DNA of 64,000 nt, from contig CAXXUO010000003.1 in the NCBI GenBank assembly GCA_963666485.2, forward strand, positions 64,001-128,000. Reading direction: 5' to 3'. Under the pieces are notes generated by a model. The model saw nothing but the letters and a program-made list of their open reading frames with translations, was not told the origin of the DNA and searched no databases. A program made the position numbers and the translations under genes. The stretch is from Syntrophorhabdaceae bacterium. GTDB lineage: Bacteria; Desulfobacterota; Syntrophorhabdia; Syntrophorhabdales; Syntrophorhabdaceae. Below, one piece after another: positions 1 through 8,763 of this stretch (position 1 is the stretch's first letter; each line of letters starts with the position of its first letter).

Positions 1-1
1 G

Positions 2-217
2 GTCAAAACTCACCTGAGTCTCTCCCACAAGCCCGAGCTGAAAGGCGTCCCTAAAGGATGGCGACTGCCCGTCCGCGACGTCCTCGTTTTCACCGGCGCC
101 AAATTCCTCTGTCCCGTCACCGGCGCAATCTCCCTCATGCCGGGTACCAGTTCAGATCCGGCGTTCAGAAGGATAGATGTGGATGTAGAAACCGGGAAGG
201 TGAAGGGGTTGTTCTAA
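2..217 (+). CDS. fhs: Formate--tetrahydrofolate ligase, 3' end only
   Basis: Manual translation [27 protein letters not shown]...[29 protein letters not shown] matches the FTHFS C-terminus. Confidence 0.9.
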   Translation, partial: VKTHLSLSHKPELKGVPKGWRLPVRDVLVFTGAKFLCPVTGAISLMPGTSSDPAFRRIDVDVETGKVKGLF

Positions 218-224
218 AAAAATA

Positions 225-529
225 GTTCAAAGTTCAAAGTTCAAAGTTCAAAGAAAAGACGGTTCCACGTTCCAGGTTCCACGCTAAAAAACAAACATTT
301 CGTCATCCCGGTGCTTGACACCGGGGGTGACGATGGGAGGACCACTGAGTCGGGTGCGGTTGGACGCAAAGACGCTGGATTCCCGCTTTCGCGGGAATGA
401 CGATAGGAGAGAATACTTACGATGAAGGTTTTTTACGACTTACGTTTAAAGCCCGGGACGATGGCTGTTATTTTTTTCGTGGAACGTGGAACCGTCTTTT
501 CTTTGAACTTTGAACTTTGAACTTTGAAC
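225..529. repeat. Heptamer-armed intergenic cassette 1: 50-bp perfect inverted repeat enclosing REP hairpins
   Basis: 225-274 (GTTCAAA)x4-GAAAAGACGGTTCCACGTTCCA is the exact reverse complement of 480-529; CGTC palindromes at 301-332 and 375-402 (ATTCCC-N8-GGGAAT). Confidence 0.95.
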
Positions 530-541
530 CTTTTTCCCGTC

Positions 542-3500
542 TTAATCGAATTCAATACGATAATATATCGCCCCGCCCGTCTGATTCCCCACCGTACTCT
601 CAACATCAAGCCTCTTTGTCAGCCTGTACCGCAAGGAGAACACGTTCTCTCCGCCCGATATGGAACGCCCGATACTAACGTACAGTTTTGGCGAAATATA
701 CCTGCCGATCTTGACGATGGAGTCGGCTGCGCCGGTGGTCTGCTGCCGGGTACTGGCGACGTCCACGTCGAACCCAAGGGCCCTTTGAATCTCTGTCGCC
801 TTGCCGCCGGTGAGAAGGCCGCTCGCGGCCTTGGCGAGAAGGGCCGTGTCCGCTTGACCGCCCTGACCGCCCGGCCTCCCGAGGACGATGAAACTCAATG
901 TGTCCATGTCCGTCATGGAGGGGCGTGAATAGAGGCTTATGTTAGGTTTTTCCGCGTTTCCCGTGACGAGCACCCCGGCGGCGACGTTGCCTTTCTCGGG
1001 GTCGCGGACCCATCTGACCGCCAGGATGTTGAGGTTGGCATCCTTCACCGGGCCGTTAAAGGAAATGGCGCCCCTCTGGATATTGAGCTTCGCGCCATAG
1101 GCGTCGTACTTGCCCTCTACCGTGGTGATCGTTCCGCGCGCCCTGATATCCTCGGGGCCGGACATTGAAATGTCCACCGTACCCCCGAGGCGCGTGTCGA
1201 TGCCGTATGCCTTTACTGCCACCTTCTCTCCCATCCTGACCGCGACAAGAAGATCGAGCGCGAAGGGAAAACCGGACCGCCGTCTCTCCTCCTCTCCTAC
1301 GATGACGACATCACGGCTCGGCTTGATCATATTTTCCTTACGCTCCTCCTTGACCAATGCCTCAGGTATGAGCACAGAGCCTCTCACCGTAACTTTTTTT
1401 GTATTCCCCCTTACGGTGATATCGGGGCTGACAAGTGTGTTCAACTCCGGAAGGTTGATCGCCTGGAATCGGTCGCCTTTTACTGTCGCCTCAAATGATT
1501 CGATCTCGCCGCGGGAATGGCGGGCATCACCCGTGATCGTGACCTGTCCCTGCCCGGACCGCGCGGTGAGCGACGTGATGGTGATCAGGTTGTTATTGAA
1601 CGCGATATCGGCATTGACATCCTTGAGGTCCATGCCGGCGGCCGGCAGATACGCGCTCGCGCGTCTCAGGTTCAGCTTGCCGTTAAGCCGCGGGTCGCCC
1701 GCGGTGCCCGTCGCGGTTATATCGAATCCGAGCTGTCCTCTCGTTTCCTGCGCCATCCCGGGGAAGAAGGCGGTGATGAGGCCCCGCTCATTGACCTCGC
1801 CATGCGCGTTGACAAGGATCGGACCTGCTTTATCCATGACCAGCGGCACGCGGGCGGGCAGGGGCAGTTTGACGTCGGCGCGGGCTGAGCCGAATTGTCC
1901 GAGGGCAATCCTGGTGCTGCCGGTGAGCGAAGAATTCTCCCAGCTTATGGAAAGATTTGCCTCTCTGACCGGCGCAGTAACCTCACCCTTGCTGGAGCGC
2001 CACGAAAAAGATCCGTCCGCCAGGCTTGTACTACCGGTGAGCTTGAACCGTTCCTCCGGCAGAAACATGCCATCGATACTGCCGGAAAGAAAACCTTTAA
2101 GGCCTGCAGCGGTAGTACCCGATTTCGGCCCAAACGTCGCAAGGTCGAGCCTCGACCATTCGGCACGGAACGTGCCCCGGCGGGGCATTTCGAACCGGAC
2201 AGGCTCTTTCGACACGGCGGAAGCGGTGAACCGGCCTCCATTCCCGGGGTCGATGCTCAGGGCTGCATTGAACCCTGTCTTATCCCAGGTTAACCTCCCG
2301 TCGATCGATCCGATCCGAAAGGCGTTCCACGCCATTCTCGATCCCCGGGCGGTCATCTCGCCTGCGGCTTCATTGTCGCGCCATCGGACCCACCCTTGCG
2401 CTAAGACGCTGCCTGTGGTTTTGGGGACGAACTTTGATACATCATCTATCCTCACCAGCCATGTCACGCGTTCCTGCACAGTGCCGTGCGCATTGAGGGT
2501 GAATCCATTACCCCTCGCGGAAAATGTGTTGATCCTTATCGATTCACCCGCGAAATTTGCATCGATGTCGGCGGTAAGCGGTCTTTTTTGAAAGGTGCTG
2601 TTATATACAGTGGCCTTTACGGACCCTTCACCCGGTCCTTTGCCGGGCATCACATACCTGCCGCTTAGGCGAAAATTGATATTTCCGGAGAGGCCCGGCC
2701 GTATTCGTGCCGGGTCAAGGCCACTGCCGGCAACCTCGGCCGACAGTATACCGGGAGCGCGTTCAAAGCGAGCAAGGCCGCTCAGGGCGCCTCCCGCTAT
2801 CTTCGCTCCGAGGTCTTTGAGCTCAATGATCTCTTTCGTCCCGATAATGTTCCCGCGAGCGGCCATACCCTTCCCGTCGGACGACCCGTCAGTAAGGGAA
2901 AAACCTCCCCGGAATTCACTTACAGTCCCGGCGACCTTGAAATCCCCCGACAGGGAGGTATTCTGCGGAATCTCCGGTGCGAGGTTAAGTTTCGTCATTA
3001 TGCCCGATATGTCGAATGCCGGCTCGCTGCCGGTGAGGTCGATCATTGCCTGTGCGTCGATGGTCCCCCGTTTGTCCGCCTTGATGAGACGCGCTTTTGT
3101 GATACGTACAGCCTGGCGTTCGAGGCCGAGCCGGCAATCAAATCTGATCCGTTCCTTCTTTCCGGCAAATGCCGCGATGGTGACGGGCCCGGCCACCTGT
3201 TCTTTTCCGCGCGATGAAGGCAGGTTCACACTAACGGCGATATTGTCGAATCCGGCCGTTTTCTTAGGGAGTGCGGCATGAAGCTTGCCGTGAAGCCGCG
3301 GGCTTATGAGGTCGAGAATAAAGACGCCGCTTATGTCTGCCTGAGGGCTTTTTACGTTCAGTTGATCACAATAAAGCATTCCCCCTATGAAGACAAAACC
3401 GGCCCCGACCGCGTCCACCGAAGTAGCGGAGCCATCGGCAGACGTATATGCCAGGTTCTTTATCGTCATCCTGCTTATCGAAGCCTGAAAGATCGAGATC

Positions 3501-3871
3501 CATCGCGGCAGCCGCGGAAGACTGAGGTCGACCGGCTTCCGCTCTTTTTTCGTGCCGGTTACTTGTACCCCGGTGAGTTCAAGGCTGTCTACGGACAGTC
3601 TTCCAACGATCATCAAGACAGGATGCCATTTCAGGTCGGCCGATTCGGCAGTCACCGTGTTTCCGGCCGCACTTAGCTGCAATCCTTCAATGTGGATGCG
3701 GTAACCGATCCGCCCGGCCAGGTTTTTGTAGGTAAATGCACCGGGAGCGGCTCTGTGAATCATCCTGACGACGAGGGATGTCCCGGTTTCCGTATACAGG
3801 GCGAATACGAGCGAAGAGAGCGCCGCCAGGAAGACGGACAATGCTGTATACAGGACGATACGGTGTCTCAT
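542..3871 (-). CDS. tamB: Translocation and assembly module TamB
   Basis: N-terminal membrane anchor, long beta-rich body, C-terminal DUF490-like region ending YRIEFD; directly downstream of tamA. Confidence 0.88.
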   Translation of the reverse strand: MRHRIVLYTALSVFLAALSSLVFALYTETGTSLVVRMIHRAAPGAFTYKNLAGRIGYRIHIEGLQLSAAGNTVTAESADLKWHPVLMIVGRLSVDSLELTGVQVTGTKKERKPVDLSLPRLPRWISIFQASISRMTIKNLAYTSADGSATSVDAVGAGFVFIGGMLYCDQLNVKSPQADISGVFILDLISPRLHGKLHAALPKKTAGFDNIAVSVNLPSSRGKEQVAGPVTIAAFAGKKERIRFDCRLGLERQAVRITKARLIKADKRGTIDAQAMIDLTGSEPAFDISGIMTKLNLAPEIPQNTSLSGDFKVAGTVSEFRGGFSLTDGSSDGKGMAARGNIIGTKEIIELKDLGAKIAGGALSGLARFERAPGILSAEVAGSGLDPARIRPGLSGNINFRLSGRYVMPGKGPGEGSVKATVYNSTFQKRPLTADIDANFAGESIRINTFSARGNGFTLNAHGTVQERVTWLVRIDDVSKFVPKTTGSVLAQGWVRWRDNEAAGEMTARGSRMAWNAFRIGSIDGRLTWDKTGFNAALSIDPGNGGRFTASAVSKEPVRFEMPRRGTFRAEWSRLDLATFGPKSGTTAAGLKGFLSGSIDGMFLPEERFKLTGSTSLADGSFSWRSSKGEVTAPVREANLSISWENSSLTGSTRIALGQFGSARADVKLPLPARVPLVMDKAGPILVNAHGEVNERGLITAFFPGMAQETRGQLGFDITATGTAGDPRLNGKLNLRRASAYLPAAGMDLKDVNADIAFNNNLITITSLTARSGQGQVTITGDARHSRGEIESFEATVKGDRFQAINLPELNTLVSPDITVRGNTKKVTVRGSVLIPEALVKEERKENMIKPSRDVVIVGEEERRRSGFPFALDLLVAVRMGEKVAVKAYGIDTRLGGTVDISMSGPEDIRARGTITTVEGKYDAYGAKLNIQRGAISFNGPVKDANLNILAVRWVRDPEKGNVAAGVLVTGNAEKPNISLYSRPSMTDMDTLSFIVLGRPGGQGGQADTALLAKAASGLLTGGKATEIQRALGFDVDVASTRQQTTGAADSIVKIGRYISPKLYVSIGRSISGGENVFSLRYRLTKRLDVESTVGNQTGGAIYYRIEFD

Positions 3872-5658
3872 AGACCAAACCCGATGGAAATGTGGACCCT
3901 GAAATCGGGTCTTGGTTGGTCTATCTGCCGGGCAATGTCGAGCCTGATGGGCCCGATCGGGCTGTAATACCGCCCGCCGATCCCGGCCCCCTGTGCGAGT
4001 TCTACCTGACTGAAGTCGTTGAACGCGTTGCCTGCGTCATAGAACACGGCAAGTCCCCAATCCTTGCCGATTGCCTTTTCAAGTTCGATGCTGCCGGCAA
4101 ACATGTTCTTGCCGCCGATCACATTCCCCTCACTGTCGGTCGGCCCGAGCGACCTGTATGCATACCCGCGGACGCTTTTGTCTCCGCCCGCAAAGAAACG
4201 CAGTGCTATCGGCAGTTCGGTGTCCTTCTCATTCTGTGCCGTCGCACCGATCTTTGCCCGTGTCAGCAACGATAATCCCGCGGGCAGGGGAATTACGACC
4301 CCGCCGTCACAGATCACCTGGAGAAAACCCGTCGTCGATCCCAGGGCCTGGTGCGTTCCCTTTATTTCCAGAAGGTAACGGTAACCTTGCCGGGGACGGA
4401 CCATGTTATCGTAATGTATTGCCGTGAGCCGGATACCGGGCATGACGGAGAAACTGTTCGTATGGTCGTCTCCGACATCCGAATTCTCCCTGAGCAGCTG
4501 AAGAAAGATCGACCCGGTCCCGAACTTGCCGTAAGACCGCGCCCTCTCGTATTCCGCTTGTGCCGTCTCGCTGAAATAGTTCGGGATCCCGTTTCCGTAA
4601 TAATTCGGGGTATTCCGGTAATCCTCCCTTTTCAGGTTGACGCTTATTGCCGAAAAACTCCGTATGTCCTTAGGGTGGGGCATCGTGTACCGCGCCCCCG
4701 CAAACAGAAGCGGAGTACTGATATCGAACTGCGACTCGAACTTGTGCGACGTCTTCATGAAGTTGACATCCTCGTATTTGAACGTCCCCCTCGGCCCCGT
4801 GTCAGTCTCGAACCCGACGCCCATCCTGAGCCGCTTCGGCTTTGACTCCTCGAGCCGGACCTCGACCGGCACCGCATGATCAACCGCCTTATCCTTGTCG
4901 GCATAGATCATCACTGAGCGAAAGCGGTCCGCATTGTTAAGGTTTTTCTGGCTCTCCCCGATCTTCTGGTCCGAAAACACATCCCCCGGCTTGAAATCGA
5001 TAAATCGCCCCAGGAAAGCCGGGCCATAGTTTAGTGCACCCGAAAAAGTGATTGGCCCGAAATAGTATTTCTCCCCCGTCTCCAGCACCAACCGGACCCT
5101 CGCCGAGTGTTCTTCTTTAACGATCCGTATCTCGTGTTTCACATAATCCGCATCGAGATACCCCAGTTCCACAGCCTTCGCCCGCAGCGCATTCTTCGCT
5201 TTCTCGTAAACGTCCTCATCGAGCCGTGCCCCCTTCGTCACGGGAAACGCCCGCACCAACGCCTCGAGTTTCGACTCATTCTTCCCGGCTCCCTGTATCC
5301 CGACCGCAACCTCAGCAACCCTGACCGGCTCCCCGGGATCTATCACAACATTAAGCTCATACGTCCCGTCACCGGCAATCCCTGACGAGACCGAAACCTT
5401 CGCGCCATAATACCCAAACGGCTCCAGCGCCATCGCCGCCTTGCCCGGCACCTGTTTCTCAAAATGCTCCAGCCATTTCTCATTGACCACACCCCCCGAA
5501 ACAAGCCCCTCCGGGAGCGCCAGCGCAATTCTCACATTATCCAATTCCCGTCCGCTTACCCCCTCGATATGCACGCGCACCGGCTGATCCCTCTGCGCCG
5601 AAAGGCAAAGCGGCGCCAGCATAAATATCAGCAACCAGCAAGCGATAACCTTAACCAT
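3868..5658 (-). CDS. tamA: Autotransporter assembly factor TamA (Omp85 family)
   Basis: POTRA domains, RFFAGGDKSVRGY motif, SPIGPIRLDIA C-terminus. Start moved to ATG 5658 because the ORF-track N-terminus is translated heptamer repeat. Confidence 0.9.
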   Translation of the reverse strand: MVKVIACWLLIFMLAPLCLSAQRDQPVRVHIEGVSGRELDNVRIALALPEGLVSGGVVNEKWLEHFEKQVPGKAAMALEPFGYYGAKVSVSSGIAGDGTYELNVVIDPGEPVRVAEVAVGIQGAGKNESKLEALVRAFPVTKGARLDEDVYEKAKNALRAKAVELGYLDADYVKHEIRIVKEEHSARVRLVLETGEKYYFGPITFSGALNYGPAFLGRFIDFKPGDVFSDQKIGESQKNLNNADRFRSVMIYADKDKAVDHAVPVEVRLEESKPKRLRMGVGFETDTGPRGTFKYEDVNFMKTSHKFESQFDISTPLLFAGARYTMPHPKDIRSFSAISVNLKREDYRNTPNYYGNGIPNYFSETAQAEYERARSYGKFGTGSIFLQLLRENSDVGDDHTNSFSVMPGIRLTAIHYDNMVRPRQGYRYLLEIKGTHQALGSTTGFLQVICDGGVVIPLPAGLSLLTRAKIGATAQNEKDTELPIALRFFAGGDKSVRGYAYRSLGPTDSEGNVIGGKNMFAGSIELEKAIGKDWGLAVFYDAGNAFNDFSQVELAQGAGIGGRYYSPIGPIRLDIARQIDQPRPDFRVHISIGFGL

Positions 5659-5690
5659 ACATTCTTTATTTTTCACTATTAGCCATTTAC

Positions 5691-5748
5691 CGTTCCGTTT
5701 TCGCGTTTTTCCCGGTGAACGTTGAACTTTGAACGTGGGACCGTCTTT
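5691..5748. repeat. Unpaired heptamer array (TGAACGT/TGAACTT) with GTCTTT boundary
   Basis: GTGAACGTTGAACTTTGAACGTGGGACCGTCTTT resembles the right arm of cassette 1. Confidence 0.7.
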
Positions 5749-6422
5749 ATAATTATATTTGGATTGCATCCCCCGGCGCTACCTCGCCACCCGTAAATGC
5801 CCGCCAAACAAGTTAATAGCATAATTTCTAATGTATTATTGTATTTTTGGTTTGCCGGATACGGGATTACCCAATGTTCATTGTTGCAGTAAGATTCCGT
5901 TTTCTAAATATGGTATTCAATACCATGCTCCATATTTGTTTGGCTACACATTTCTAAAACATTTGACAACATGTCCTTGGCATGTCGGCTGCGTTTGTCA
6001 CATTACAAAAATTGAATAACTATCTGTAATGCCCTAACTCTGACCAGGATTGTACCTCGAATATTTGGCATTTGCGGGCCTGCATTCTCATGTTTATATG
6101 GAGTACTTTGTCCTAAGTCTCGCTTTGGCGCATAAACGCAGCCAAATCCTGTGATGGCACGCAACCTCCCAGGGGGCGATCAGGACTGAATAGAATAAGA
6201 ATGCGCAGTTTCACCAACAATTCCTCAGCAATCGGATCCAATCCCCTGAAGAAATGGTAATCGATGCGGCGTTTGGATTCTGTCGCTCGACCGTTGAAAC
6301 TGATGTAGCGGAAAGTTGCAAAGGATGTCGTTGGTTTGAAGATAGCCCTCTATTTTGTCCGAAGGGCCGGATTGATTTTGTTGTGCTGCGGTCGTAGATT
6401 CACCTTACCAAGGAGGTGCGAG

Positions 6423-6848
6423 ATGAAACTCCAGATCGGTAATTTATTTGCAGTAATGTTGGTGATTGCGGGAATGATCCTCTTGTGCCCGGGACAAGCA
6501 TTAACCGCAAGTACCGAAGAGGATCTGGCTGAAAGGATTTCGGTGCAGGAAGCTTATCAGCAGGTTAAATCGGGTAAAGCCATTCTGATATGCGCCTACG
6601 AAGAAGAACAAGCATGCAAGGACATTATGCTCGATGGGGCGATCACTCTCAAAGCTTTTGAAGAAAAACTGCCTGAGCTCAAGAAAGACCAGCCGATCAT
6701 TTTTTATTGCGGGTGACCAAATGAAGCGACTTCTGCCGGTCAGGCAGTCAAATACACAAAAATGGGATATACCAATGTCAAGGCCCTGAAGGGCGGTGTT
6801 AAGGCCTGGAAAAATTCGGGATATAAATTAATAAACAAGGACTTCTGA
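6423..6848 (+). CDS. Secreted rhodanese-like (seleno)protein with in-frame UGA (CxU)
   Basis: AGGAGG RBS, signal peptide, ...IIFYCG-UGA-PNEATSAGQAVKYTKMGYTNVKALKGGVKAWKNSGY completes the rhodanese fold; SECIS-like hairpin follows the UGA. Confidence 0.85.
6728..6749 (+). promoter_or_regulatory. Candidate bacterial SECIS element
   Basis: GAC(TTC)TGCC-GGTCA-GGCAGTC hairpin; G-initiated apical loop 21 nt after UGA 6714-6716. Confidence 0.7.
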
Positions 6849-6921
6849 AAAGGACTCGCACAAAAGGTGTCGCCGCCATGTATTGGCTGCATATTTTTGT
6901 TTCCATCCGGTCGGGTTGCAT

Positions 6922-6968
6922 TTGACATTTCTGTCGTTTATGATATTCTTAAATTATGAAAGTCATAA
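6922..6968 (+). promoter_or_regulatory. Sigma70 promoter and palindromic operator of the TA operon
   Basis: TTGACA-16-TATTCT with extended -10 TG; TTATGA-aag-TCATAA inverted repeat at 6954-6968. Confidence 0.65.
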
Positions 6969-6998
6969 ATTAATACAGTATTTTGCAGGAGGTAAAAG

Positions 6999-7283
6999 GT
7001 GTCTTTAGTTAAAGTAAAAAGACATGCACAAATAACGCTTCCGAACGACATCAGGAAAAAGTTTAAAATCGTGGAAGGTGATTACTTGGAGATCGAAGAG
7101 CACAACAACGAATTAATATTAAGGCCGGTGAAGGTAATTCATACGGATGACGCCTATTTCCATACGAGAGAATGGCAGGCTGGTGAAGCAGAGGCAGACA
7201 AGGATATTACCACGGGCAGCGTAATTGGTCCCTTTGACAACATCAAGGACGCCTTAAAGGCCCTTAAGACCGACAAGGTATGA
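6999..7283 (+). CDS. AbrB/MazE-family antitoxin
   Basis: VKVKRHAQITLPNDIRKKFKIVEGDYLEI swapped-hairpin motif; GGAGG RBS; ATGA overlap with toxin. Confidence 0.88.
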   Translation: MSLVKVKRHAQITLPNDIRKKFKIVEGDYLEIEEHNNELILRPVKVIHTDDAYFHTREWQAGEAEADKDITTGSVIGPFDNIKDALKALKTDKV

Positions 7284-7537
7284 AACTGGCCTTTACCAGG
7301 ACTTTTGTCCGGGATTACCGGAAATTGCCCCGGGATACCCAAGAACAGACGGATAAGCAATTAGAACTTTTACTGTCTGATCCGAGGCATCCGTCTTTAA
7401 ATTTTAAAAAAATGCAAGACCCGAGAGATATCTGGGAATGCAGGGTCAACGCTTCGTACCGTATCACGCTTCACATTGCAGAAGATATCTACGTTTTAAG
7501 AAAAGTTGGCACGCATGATCTGTTGAGAAATCCGTAA
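7280..7537 (+). CDS. Type II toxin, RelE/ParE superfamily (YafQ-like)
   Basis: 85 aa; FVRDYRKL...HPSL...WECRVNASYRI...VGTHD. Confidence 0.85.
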   Translation: MKLAFTRTFVRDYRKLPRDTQEQTDKQLELLLSDPRHPSLNFKKMQDPRDIWECRVNASYRITLHIAEDIYVLRKVGTHDLLRNP

Positions 7538-7545
7538 TCCAAATG

Positions 7546-7890
7546 GTTCCAGGTTCCACGTTCCAAGTTCCAGGTTAAAAAAACCGACGCGAAGATTTTC
7601 ATCTGACAGGACACATTGAGAAAATTAAATGAGGTGACCAGCGCCACATTCTGTTGGGCCGGCGTTGTATTGAACTCAGTTTAATCGTCTTCCCTTCGCG
7701 CACTTGCCGTCATCCCGGCCTCCGAGCCGGGACCCAAGGTTTTGTTTTTATTACTATTTGTGGTGTCGAAGTTTTGAAAAGGTTCAAGAAGAAAAACCTT
7801 GGGTCCCGGGTCAAGCCCGGGAAGACGGTGAGAGTGAGGGTGTACCGCTTTTCTTTTTCACTTTTTGCGTTTCGCGTTTTACGTTTTACG
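7546..7890. repeat. Intergenic cassette: GTTCCAN array, inverted type-1 REP pair, TTTTACG array
   Basis: GTTCCAN x4 at 7546-7573; REP 7708-7743 and inverted REP 7793-7827 share the GACCCAAGGTTTT tail; heptamers at 7863-7890. Confidence 0.9.
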
Positions 7891-7964
7891 GCTTCTCAAC
7901 CCGGGTCCCAGGACCCAAAAGCCGCAGTTTATGTGGAAATCATTTGGATTCTGGTTTATCCTAA

Positions 7965-8762
7965 ATGATCCGCACGATGAAAATAATGAAGAACAATATG
8001 CCCTGGACCATCAATGTGAATGGGCCGTACCATATGGTCCGTGAGCGGATTCAGCTGATCAAGAAGCTTGATGTCGGGGTGGAGATCTATTTCCATAACG
8101 AGATCGGCGAGGTGAGCGAACGGGACGTGGAGGAGACGGGGAAGGTGCTGCGGGGCGAGGGAATCGCTTGCACGCTGCATGCGCCGTTCATGGATCTGAG
8201 CCCCGGGGGTATCGATAAGGATGTGAGGAGAATAACCACGGATAAGCTGAAAAGGGCCGTGACGTTCGCCAACCGGCTCGGTGCGCTGGGCGTGGTGTGC
8301 CATCCGGGGTATGACAGGTGGCGGTTCGGGGAGAATGTCGACCTGTGGCTCAAGGGGAGTATCGAGACATGGAACGAGGTCCTTGCTGTCGCGGGGGAGA
8401 GGCTTCCGATCATGGTGGAAAACATATTCGAGGAAGAACCGGACACTCTGTACGAGCTTTTACGTCATTTTGACGGTAAAAATATGTATTTCTGCTTTGA
8501 TTCCGGTCATTTTAATTTATTTACTAAAGTATCACTTGAGAAATGGATGTCAATGCTGGGAAATAAAATACGAGAGATGCATCTTCACGATAATTACGGG
8601 ACGCGGGACGATCATATGCCGATCGGGCAGGGGTCGTTTCCGTTCAGGGAATTGAAGACATTTCTGAAGGCGCATCGGGAAAGCCTTATAGTGACGGCCG
8701 AGGTCCATGATGAGGCCGATGCGGCGCTGGCGGTAAAAAACCTAAAGGAGTACGTGGCTTAA
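7965..8762 (+). CDS. Sugar phosphate isomerase/epimerase / AP endonuclease 2-family TIM-barrel protein
   Basis: LHAPF, HPG, VEN, CFDSGH, HLHDN..DDH metal-binding motifs; exact start uncertain. Confidence 0.85.
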   Translation: MIRTMKIMKNNMPWTINVNGPYHMVRERIQLIKKLDVGVEIYFHNEIGEVSERDVEETGKVLRGEGIACTLHAPFMDLSPGGIDKDVRRITTDKLKRAVTFANRLGALGVVCHPGYDRWRFGENVDLWLKGSIETWNEVLAVAGERLPIMVENIFEEEPDTLYELLRHFDGKNMYFCFDSGHFNLFTKVSLEKWMSMLGNKIREMHLHDNYGTRDDHMPIGQGSFPFRELKTFLKAHRESLIVTAEVHDEADAALAVKNLKEYVA

Positions 8763-8763
8763 G

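Noticed and set aside
1110..2591. Long antisense ORFs (e.g. 1110-2591, 21727-23181, 34287-35390, 62009-63073)
   Set aside because: Shadow frames opposite well-supported genes in GC-rich DNA
5659..5769. N-terminal extension of tamA in the ORF track
   Set aside because: Translates a heptamer array; the signal peptide starts at 5658
7654..7968. ORFs over the REP cassette
   Set aside because: Repeat-derived sequence
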